A stretch of 34,840 nt of DNA, taken from contig NC_068996.1 in the NCBI RefSeq assembly GCF_001194135.2, positions 37,139,728-37,174,567 on the forward strand, given 5' to 3'. The notes beneath the pieces are model-generated. The model saw nothing but the letters and a program-made list of their open reading frames with translations. It was not told where the DNA came from and did not search any database. Each line of letters begins with the position of its first letter. Position 1 is the stretch's first letter. The stretch is from Octopus bimaculoides (Eukaryota). Below are positions 21,479 to 30,656 of the stretch, piece by piece. The position numbers and the translations under genes are program-made.

Positions 21479-21883
21479 TAGACTTGAAACATCAAATATT
21501 TCTTCCATTTTTCCTGATCATTAAACTAATACACCCTGCTTGTTGTTCCCTCACTTGTCTCTGTCTTGTATTTTGAATCATATATATATGATATAGTTTG
21601 TGCATGAGGATCATCAGAAGACAATCAACGACAGTAGTAAGAATTTTGGTAGGACCTCAAATGACCAAAAGTCCAACCATCCACATACATAAACAGCCAC
21701 AGCCACACACACGCACAGACCTGTGCACATACACATACCCACACATACCTCCTTCTCTTGCATTCTCCTGTCTTAGAAAGAACTTTTTCTTCGCCCATTC
21801 TCTTCCGGTCATTTCAATATGTGACTGCGTGTGTATCATTGGCCATTTTCTTTCTTCATCTTCCTTCTTTGGACTTTTTCTAT

Positions 21884-21918
21884 ATTTCTGATGAAGAGCT
21901 CCACTCGAAACGTGAAAT
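21884..21918 (+). ncRNA. Minimal type-I hammerhead ribozyme-like motif (N17=G, probably inactive)
   Basis: ATTT-CTGATGA-A-GAG-ctcca-CTC-GAAA-CGT-G-AAAT. Confidence 0.6.
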
Positions 21919-22018
21919 CCTCTTTCTTTTCTTTCCTATCCTGGGCATCCAATAACACAGTTCTTGTTCCACGTCCTCACGTTGTTGTTTTTTCTTGCTT
22001 GTTCTTGTTTGGATTGAC

Positions 22019-22053
<35 letters not shown>

Positions 22054-22289
22054 GGATCCTAATAAATGGAGCAAAACACATGTTAATAAAAGTTCCTTTA
22101 ATTCCTACATATGTTTCGATATATATGATAGTTCTTTCACAAAGAAGAAAGAGCTGTTGGGGTTCCTCATTTATTTCTCTTCAGGGAGTTCATAATACCT
22201 CTGGTAACTATTAACGTATTTCAATTATCGAAAGTTTTAATAACTGAGATAATATTAATATATACATAAACTAATATATATACACACAC

Positions 22290-22535
22290 ACACACACACA
22301 GAGAAATATCTATGTGTATCTGTCTTTGTGTCACCTTTCCACCCACTGACCACCACCTGATAACTGATGGTTTCCCTATATCTCCAAAACTTAGCAGCTC
22401 AGCAAAATGAGACCACTTAGAATAGATACCAAACTTAAAAAAGGAAAAGAAGTGCCAGGGTCATTTTATTCAACAAAACCCTTCAGAATGATGCTGTAGC
22501 ATGGCCACAGCCCAATGACTGAAGTAAAAGAAGAT
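22290..22535 (+). mobile_element. SINE family A tail
   Basis: tgtgtc..cctgataactgatgg..aacttagcagctcagcaaaatgagacc..agcatggccacagcccaatgactgaagtaaaagaa. Confidence 0.65.
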
Positions 22536-22720
22536 ACAATATATGTTGCTTGTGTATTCCATAATTTTTTTTTTTCTTTTCTACCTCTGGAGATATTTCA
22601 GCCATTATCAGTATTATCTGGACACAGATGAGGATTGGCAACAGGAAGGGCATCCATCCATAGAAAATCCACCTCAACAAATACCATCTGACCCAGCCAA
22701 GCATGGAAAATAGATATCAA

Positions 22721-23115
22721 CCCTGTAGCATTCAGATTATTCTGTCAAATGTAACGCTTATAAATTGAAACATAATTATTTCTAAATCTCTTGAGAGACA
22801 TTCAGTAGCAGTATTCTAAAGTAAAGATTATTTGCCAACATAATGTGGCAGTTGGGACGAATGTTACTGTTATTTAGCCCCAGGAAACATTGTCTCCAGC
22901 TGGCTATATGACACAGTATTTGTGTCCTTATATTTTTATAATGCTTATACATTCATGTTATTTTGACTTACTCATGTATTATCTTGTAGCTTTCAGATTT
23001 CAATGATATGACTTTATATTTAGAAAGACAATGTAGGGTAGGTGTGAGAGGTGTGTTTGGACACAAAACAAGAAGAATATTTGGGCCGGATATGGTTGGT
23101 TTAAATGCTATAGAG
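22721..23115 (+). mobile_element. piggyBac-like MITE (about 210 bp plus an internal insertion)
   Basis: T(C)AA|CCCTGTAGCATT ... AATGCTATAGAG|TTAA. It splits a retroposon tail at its gTTAAa site. The interior matches 9680-9869 and 15639-15835. Confidence 0.75.
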
Positions 23116-23970
23116 TTAAACAATGATGATGATAGAATAAATGGTAATAAGGAGTCAATAGTTGTTGAGTTTAACTTTTGAAGTTGTCTAGGTCCAACTT
23201 TATCTTATCTAGTTATTAAAGTTAAACATTATTCTCTGGTTCAGAAGTCAGTCGACCAACCTGCCTCTATACAGTCATCCAACCAGCTAAAAAGGATGTG
23301 ACTTGAGGGAGCCAAAGCTCCCTCAAGTCACATCCTTGCATCTTTTGTTTAAAAAACTGGAGGATACATTGAATAAAAGACAGGAGATGGTCGGAACTTG
23401 CTTAACATGATCACTCGCCCTGCTGAAATCACATCCTACTGTCACAGAGAAATTATATGTTAGATAATGCAGATAGATATAGACTTGCGCCTTAAGTGGA
23501 TGTTGGGACGATAAATTCTTAACTGTTACACCATTTCACCCGTTTCATGAGACGAGTGTAATCTTTGATCGTCTGCTTTTGGAATAGCTAAGTAGCGGTT
23601 AATTCCTTTTGTGAAAGAATATTTTGTCCAAAAAAAAGTTTTTCTTCTTTTGGAGGGGGATGCAAACCCCGTACTCTTTTTCGGTAAATTTTTACTGTTA
23701 CACCCATCTCACCAGATAAATAAAAAATACCAAAGAATGATCGTAGTTGGATGACCTTTGATCAAAACTCCTAACCTACAGCCAAATAATAACAACGAAG
23801 CATACGTTCTGTGAGTTACCTTAATCAGATCTTATCTACAGGTCGTCAGCTGGGGGACTTGCGCTGTTGCAGTGTGTTGCTGCATTCATCATCTGTCGGT
23901 ATATTCTCAACAACAACTAATAAAAAGAATTCAGTAGATCCAAAACAGTAAATGATAATTAACAACTTAC

Positions 23971-24013
23971 AACTTCTTTAAATATTTATAAATATTACGC
24001 AAATTATTTCCTT
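23971..24013 (-). other. Candidate 43-nt upstream (probably 5' UTR) exon of the ZNF gene
   Basis: Strong acceptor tttttttttctttaatccacag| and consensus donor |gtaagt flank 43 nt on the gene's strand. Its only open frame is not phase-compatible with the 21101 exon. Confidence 0.3.
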
Positions 24014-25050
24014 CTGTGGATTAAAGAAAAAAAAATTCACTCCGGTAATTATCTCCCCTTGTTACTGACCCAATATTAGATGATCTCTCCATGTGTAACT
24101 TTTACGCACCGGCTTCCTGTCCTAAGCGTAACCCTTCGACTGATAAGACAGCTGGACAAAGTTATTCTATCTCACAATCTTATTTCCTCTCCTTAAGGAA
24201 AACCTGAAGTCTATATAAGAAATGTATCGATTAAATCATGCAGTTTCATTCAGCCTATAAATATACACTTCTTTGAACAGAGTGCAAAGTCGGAGGTTTT
24301 TTGGGGTGGGGGGCCGTTAAGTAAATCGATCCCAACGTAACGTGGATGCAAAATAATACTAGAAGGCTTCTGGAGAATCTTATTTAAGAGGGGAGAAGAC
24401 AGGAAATTAAAAACTACAATGCCCATCTATTCAGTTCATAACATAAACTAGTATTTCTACAATAATAAACTTTGAGAAAAGAAAAATAATAACAAAAAAC
24501 GGATACACGGGTAGAGGAATGTTTGCAGTGAACAACCACGTCCGACCCGGTTTCAATTGCCAATTGAAACCATTTTACATAAGTCTCTTTAGTATTAGAA
24601 ATAATTGTGAATCGTTTGATAGGTAGTCTATTCACAAGGCGACAAGCATATTTATTTATTTTTATCAAATTAATTATTTCCTTTTCCTCGTTTACATAAC
24701 TGGTAATTTTGCTGTGCAGGTAATCTAATAATTTTATCAATGCAGAGCAAATACGCAAACATTAATATTAATATTTTGCCGTTTATTGTATGTTTCATTC
24801 ATAAATTTTGTTAATTCAATTCATTGTTTTTATTTTTTCGTTGGTATATCTTGTAATTTTAAGAATATTGTGAAGTACCAACAAATTGCTGATGCGTTAT
24901 TTCGTTTCAATGTTATTATTGTAATAAAGTACTCATTACAATGCATAGACATATTCTGCAGTATTTCAATTAGCTCCGAATTATCAATATTCATTAAAAT
25001 TTACTGAATATAAATCCAACAAGAAAAAGAAAATATATCAGTTAACTGCG

Positions 25051-25472
25051 GAATTCTGTTTTACGCACGGCATAAAACCCCTCACAACTTTTTTTATTTT
25101 ACAGAATTTTTAGAAGATTTTTGCGAATTTGTATTCTACACACGGTAATTCAAATACCACTATGCAAAAAAAATTGTGTCATTTAAGGGGTATTTAACTG
25201 GACCACATCAAACCGTCCTCGTTTGTTAGTCACTAACGTATGTTTTTCTATATCTGTCTCCACGTAAACACATTTAATGGTCTATTGTTAGGATATAAGC
25301 TAAAAATTTGGACGGTCCGTATTTAAAACTGTATTAAAAATTAACAAAAAATTTCTTTTGCACAGTCATATGAATTCCTGTGTGCAGAACACAAATTCAC
25401 AAAAATTTTCTGAAAATTCAAAAAAATAAATAAGTTATGGAGGGGTTATATGCTGTGCGTGAAGTAGAATTC
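25051..25472. mobile_element. MITE/foldback element with about 100-bp imperfect TIRs
   Basis: 25051-25152 and 25371-25472 are reverse complements at roughly 80% identity by eye. Both ends are GAATTCT. No clear TSD. Confidence 0.75.
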
Positions 25473-25800
25473 TTCTGAAAGCCAAACAGTTATACAAATA
25501 GGTGCTTCATTAGATTCAACCAGTCCAACAAGACCGAACTACCAAATGTTAAAGAGAGATTGATGAGGGAATGTCAATGCTAATATGAAAGTTCAGGAAT
25601 GCAAAGACAGGTTTCGAGGAAGAGATACTATGAAGATGCTCGACAAGTTAAAAAGAAATAGCAGCAAAAATCTTCCTGAGATCACACCCTATCATCATCA
25701 AAAAAGTAGGAAGGATATTTTGAACAATATGGTTCCAGATATATACAAAGACGGATTTAGTGCGGCTGGTCTGGGACGAAACATTTTGGTTCTTAAATAT

Positions 25801-26008
25801 AATAATAATCCTTTATACTATAGGCACAAGGTCTGAAATTTTGGTGGATGGGATAAGTCGAAATCATCGTAACTGGTGCTTATTTCATCAACCCCGAGAG
25901 AATGAAAGAGTTAGTCGACTTCGGCGGAATTGGAACTCAGAACGTTGACAGAAGAAACGCCGCCAAGCATTTCCACTAGCGAGCGAAAGATTCTGCCAGC
26001 TCGTCGCT
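25801..26008 (-). mobile_element. SINE family B, CpG-intact copy
   Basis: taggcacaaggtctgaaatttt..gtcgacttcggcggaattggaactcagaacg..attctgccagctcgtcgc. Confidence 0.85.
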
Positions 26009-27117
26009 TTATTGATGATAATAATAATAACAATAATATAAATGCTTAGAATTAAAAAAAAACATCATAAACGAAGAAACCCTTGTAAAGATACTACTAG
26101 GTCATGTTAATTAAGTATAATGGTCGCGAAGTAATATCGATGACATTGGCTCCAGAACTGAACAAATGAAAGACAAGAAATGCGTGAAATACTTGAGAAA
26201 AAAAAACAACAAAAATTAAAAATATCTTTGCGAACAAACCTTTCTAAGGGGAGTATGAAGCCTCAGCAAGATGTCCACCATCACGCACTCTCCTTGCATT
26301 TGTCTTTTTATCTTCAGTTATCCCGATTCTCTGATTGGTTGATGCGATTGATTGCGTAACGCCTCACTACCTTTAGTGCTCGCCTAACATCTTTATTAAA
26401 GACCAGCTGGCATTTACTCTAGTTGTTTATTGAAAATTCACACAAATATATACATCATTTTGTTACTACTCTGAGTTTTTCAAGTGTCAGTATTTTCATA
26501 ATAGCGCCTCTCACAACAGCATTACTGCAAATTTTGTGTCATTATTGAGTGCTATTTTTTTCTTTTGTACATAAACTCTAATTTATATACGCGCATACAT
26601 ATACATTTCAATCTAATATTTTTGTTCTCATTTCCATACTGACCTTTATGATCATTGTTTGCCTAATCTCTTGTTTACCGCTATCTCAAGCATAGAGAGA
26701 GATGTGGATGGGTAAACATATAGAAGCCTGCTAATACATTCATGCATAAGCCAATAGTTATATATAAATAAGAATATCGACTCAGACAGGCAGGTTGATG
26801 TGTAAGACAGCTGGATGGACAGACAAACATAGTAATGGACAAGTTGGGACACTTGAATACATGCCAGGAGCTATATATAGAAGACATATGCAGGGGCTTA
26901 GCTGTGGTTTTGGCAGCCTCCTTCTATAGACGTAATATTCCTTCAACTGCGACAAACATTGTTATCTAAAAAGTGGTCGTCCTATGCGGACCATTTATTC
27001 CGCACATCAGACGCTATGCTACTTAAATAGATGAACGCACACGCGCGCGTTTTGTATTAAAAGATTTGTTACGTAAAGTTTTATATACATAAAAAGTACC
27101 CTCTCATTTACATATTG

Positions 27118-27215
27118 GGCGAAAGTAAAGAATACGAACACCCGGTGTTTAGGGTAAGGGATTAGGGTTTTTATTACGCCGAAAACGGGTAGTGTGCGTA
27201 TTCTTTACCTCTGCC
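27118..27215. mobile_element. 98-bp MITE with 24-bp TIRs, 8-bp TSD and TTAGGG-like core
   Basis: ACATATTG at 27110-27117 and 27216-27223. TIR GGCGAAAGTAAAGAATACGAACAC matches GGCAGAGGTAAAGAATACGCACAC at 20/24. Core reads ttagggtaagggattaggg. Confidence 0.8.
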
Positions 27216-27387
27216 ACATATTGTAATATTTTTCTGTTAAAGGAAAACCGATATTAGATAAGAAATGTATGTTGTTTTCCACCTTCCACTTGGTTTTGAA
27301 TGGTGGCATCATTTTGTATCATTAATAAGACTGGCCATTTTTGACAACGCGAGTATATATTATACAGCTGTATAAAGTGCCATTTGA

Positions 27388-27530
27388 TCAAATGTGGACG
27401 TGGAAGATTTGCAACGAAGTGCTGAGGACTGACCTAAAGAACCTGAGCCTCGCGGAAGAAATGACAAAGGACGGGGGATGTCTAACAATACTAGGTTCTC
27501 AAGAAAACACTCTCGTCACAGCAAAACTGA
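27388..27530 (+). mobile_element. RTE ORF-end fragment (divergent subfamily)
   Basis: Reads CGRGR..NEVLRTDLKNLSLAEEMTKD, homologous to the RTE C-terminus WDEMVKHDLQTLGLTEAMASD. Confidence 0.65.
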
Positions 27531-27728
27531 CTTATATAGTATTATTCTTTTATTTGCTTTAGCCTAAAGGTTCTGGCCATGTTAGGGTACCAATATTATC
27601 ATCTTTTCAACGTGGTTGGCTTTTGGTGAATGATGGAGTTTGACTGGTATTGTTTCTTTCATTTGAGTTTCCTACCATGGTATAGGTTTATCTTAGATCT
27701 TGGACAGCAGATAGCCAAGTTGCATATA

Positions 27729-28594
27729 CGAGGTGGTATCAAAAAGTTCCCGGACTAGTTTTGTAGCGCGCCAGTAGATGGCAGCACACGGTTTTTTGTG
27801 CAGTGAGAGTTAGCAGTAACCTTCATGAAGCAATGTGCCGAGTGACATTGCTATGTATACTTTGCAAGTTGTGAAAATTGTATTTTTGTGATCGTGTGTA
27901 TGCTGTAGTTTGCGCTTTTTGTCATGGACAGGGAATTGGTACAAAAAGCCAATGTGAAATTTTGCACTAAACTTTGAGAGTCTGCTACAGAGACATTGAG
28001 TATGCTTTGGCAAGCTTGGGTTGTAGGCAATGTTTCAAGAGGCACAGGCACTTCAAAAGCAGAAGAATGTCCCTGGAAGATCTACCATGAACATCATCCC
28101 TGGAAATGTGGTGAAAATTCGTTAGTTTGTGCACGAGGATCATCAGAACACAATCAACGACATTGCTGATGTTATTGGTTTGCTGTATGGATCCATGCAG
28201 GCAATCCTGACATCTGTGAAGAATTAGGTTCTTCATGATGACAAAGCACCCTATACCTGATCTTTCCTCACTCATGAGTTTCTCGGCAAAAACAACATGG
28301 TATGACTTCCACATCCACTCTTTTTGCCAGATTTAGCACTTATGGACTTCTGTCTCTTCCCCAAGATGAAAATGCAGCTCAAAGGTTGCCATTTTAACAC
28401 CGTTGTTGAGATCAAGAGCAAACTGCAGAAGGTCCTTGACTCACTTACAGAAAACAATTTCCAGGCCAGATTCCAAAAGTGGCAAGAACACTGGAACCAG
28501 TGTACTGTTACACAAAGTGACTATTTTGAAGGAGGTGATGTTAAAATTTAGATAAATCAGTTATTTTTTATTAAATTTAATTAGCCCAGGAACT
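27729..28594 (+). mobile_element. Decayed mariner transposon (DD34D)
   Basis: Left end TA|CGAGGTGGTATCAAAAAGTTCCCGGACT. N-terminus MDRELVQKANVKFCTKL starts at 27924. HDDKAP..HPLFLPDLALMDF has 34 residues between the Asp pair, and the C-terminus reads DYFEG. Right TIR only partly retained (agcccaggaact). Confidence 0.9.
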
Positions 28595-29058
28595 ATATAT
28601 ATTTATATGGGCACCTCAGTCCATCAATTTTCTCTTCACATCAACCACTTCCCTACATCTCACCCCACAGATCTTCCTCCTCCCCTCCCCAATACTACTT
28701 GTCTTTCTTGCTACCCAGAACCATTTCACTTGTTATTCATCCTTCGTCCATTAATATTATTCTCTACACTTATCTATGTGCATGCGTGTGAATACATTCT
28801 AACAGAAACACTCCAATTTCCAGTATTCGGTATTACACATTTCTGGTCATCAGCTGATGAACTGAGCTTGATTTTTTTTAAACATTCACTGATTGAATAT
28901 TTTTTTTAATATTTCAAAAGAAAAGCAAGCTCAGTTTACTATCTGATGCCTTGAAAGAAATAATAATGAGTAGTTGAAATCAGAGCCTTTCAGTTTTAAT
29001 GTATTAAAGAATACTCTACACTTGTATTGAGTCCTGTAATTTACTACTTCTGGTGAAT

Positions 29059-29060
<2 letters not shown>

Positions 29061-29103
<43 letters not shown>
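29061..29103. repeat. (TA)n microsatellite, one of many
   Basis: About 21 TA units. Other (TA)n, (CA)n, (ATT)n, (TGA)n and (TATG)n tracts occur at about 900, 1190, 4630, 15320, 15515, 16285, 19430 and 22020. Confidence 0.95.
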
Positions 29104-29105
<2 letters not shown>

Positions 29106-29167
29106 CAACTCATCAGATGTAAATAGTCTAGTCACATGCACATATATACATTTATATACTTTATATA

Positions 29168-29552
29168 TAGGTGTGGCTTTGTTGTATGAAGCTCAGTTTC
29201 CATCCATGTGGTTCCAGGTTCAGTCCCACTGTGTGGCACTTTGAAGCCAACCAAAGCCCTGTGACAAAAGCTAAAAGAAGCCCATCATATATATTTATGT
29301 GTACTCTTGGAGTGGTTGGCATTAGGAAGGGCATCCAGCTGTAGAAACCCTGCCAAATCAGATTGGAGCCTGGTGCAGCCATCTGGTTAGGGTTAGGGTT
29401 AAATGATGATGATGATATGTGTGTGTTGTAGTGTTTGTAGTGGAGTACAGATATTGCATATTAACTCTTAAACATATCTTGAAGAGTTTGAGTGAACAAT
29501 TGAAAGTGCTAATAAAGAATTATTGAAAATTCTGAATGCTTCTTTCTTCTTA

Positions 29553-29587
<35 letters not shown>

Positions 29588-29680
29588 CCTTCATGTCAAT
29601 GTTTGATCCCCACCACTGCTTGACAACCAGGGTTGGTGTGTTCACATCCCTGTAACTTAGTGGTTCAGCAGGAGAAATTG
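29168..29680 (+). mobile_element. SINE family A split by an RTE tail in its microsatellite spacer
   Basis: Head 29168-29285 (ggttccaggttcagtcccactgtgtggcac) and tail 29590-29680 (cttgacaaccagggttggtgtgttcacatccctgtaacttagtggttc). Confidence 0.7.
29305..29416 (+). mobile_element. RTE 3' tail fragment with internal TTAGGG replacement, nested in a SINE
   Basis: tactcttggagtggttggcattaggaagggcatccagctgtagaaac..gcagccatctgg, then GTTAGGGTTAGGG, then ttaaatgatgatgat. Confidence 0.8.
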
Positions 29681-29958
29681 ATAGATGAAATGGATGAAAT
29701 AGAGATACATGTATGATTCTCTAGACCTCTTCAGAGATATTTTTATAAAGTTCATGAAGTTAATTTTAAATATACAAATATAAACATATAAAAAATCGTA
29801 AAAATGCACATATATATGCATACTTTAACATATATAGATATACATAAATAAACATAAATACATATATGTACATTTAAATGTACATACATAAATGTCTATA
29901 CATGCACACCAATGAGTCAATTATTACTGTTATTATACATGAGGAGGACACATATATA

Positions 29959-30656
29959 TGTAGTAGATCTTGCATACATGAAGTGGATTCGATCCACCAT
30001 AGCCAAATTTAAATTAACACTGCAACAGAACTTTTCCCACGGTGGAACAATGGTTTTTCAATGGCAGCAGTTTTACATCTTCCAGATGCCTTTAGCTAGG
30101 CCAAAATAATGTCTTCGCCCCTTGACCCTTTCTGACCTCTTCTACTTCACCAAAAGCTAGAATGGAGATAACAAGACCACCAACGAAGTCCATTGTTCTC
30201 AATGATGTCTTTCCTTCTGGATAGTTATAAAAGCAAGAACCCCCAAGCAAAATTCAGTTTAGTCACCAGTCGGTGACAACTCAACCAGTCCAGTCACATG
30301 GTGAGAACGAAGTCTGGCTGTCCAGCTAGAACCTCGACCAGAGGGAGAAAGAAGGTTACAACCAGCCAACTCTATAACTTTCACAAGCTCACATTCTTTT
30401 CTCTGTAACATTACCATATCTCTGTCTATATACTGCTACAAGATTGTGTACACACATATACAGGCCGAAATTGACTTTCTTTACCTTGCATGCTTTACGA
30501 ACTGTGTTATACTATTACACTAACCTACACGTCGTGGTATGGCATTTATTAAAGTAACGATAAATAAATATTTCTTTACAACTTCGATCACTGTTCTTCG
30601 TTCATCTTATAACCGTTACAATTGGTGACCCTCCGACTTTAACAACTACCGTTACA
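29959..30656 (+). mobile_element. Probable Ty3/Gypsy LTR with retained tRNA-Trp-like PBS
   Basis: TGTA..TACA ends with TATA on both flanks. TATAAAA at 30226 and AATAAA at 30563. ccgttaCA (30620) is followed 2 nt later by TGGTGACCC(TC)CGAC. Confidence 0.55.

Larger units (their letters stand above)
23400..27300. promoter_or_regulatory. Probable promoter / low-methylation region upstream of the ZNF gene
   Basis: Visibly more CpG than the gene body (e.g. acgcgcgcgt near 27050, and CpG-intact SINE at 25801-26008). Contains CTTCCTG (ETS-like, about 24114) and ATTGG (CCAAT-like, about 26334). TSS not located. Confidence 0.35.

Noticed and set aside
23512-23713. Degenerate 29-bp direct repeat (taaatt..actgttacacc..tcacc) about 170 bp apart
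   Set aside because: Only two imperfect copies, with no TSD, LTR or other supporting features.
24414-24758. 114-aa minus-strand ORF as a possible first coding exon
   Set aside because: No convincing phase-1 donor, no recognisable domain, and AT-rich I/N/K/F composition typical of chance ORFs.
28847-28860. Palindrome TCATCAGCTGATGA giving CTGATGA on both strands
   Set aside because: Neither strand has a proper stem II followed by GAAAC..UH, so it cannot be called a hammerhead. It may be a heavily decayed one.
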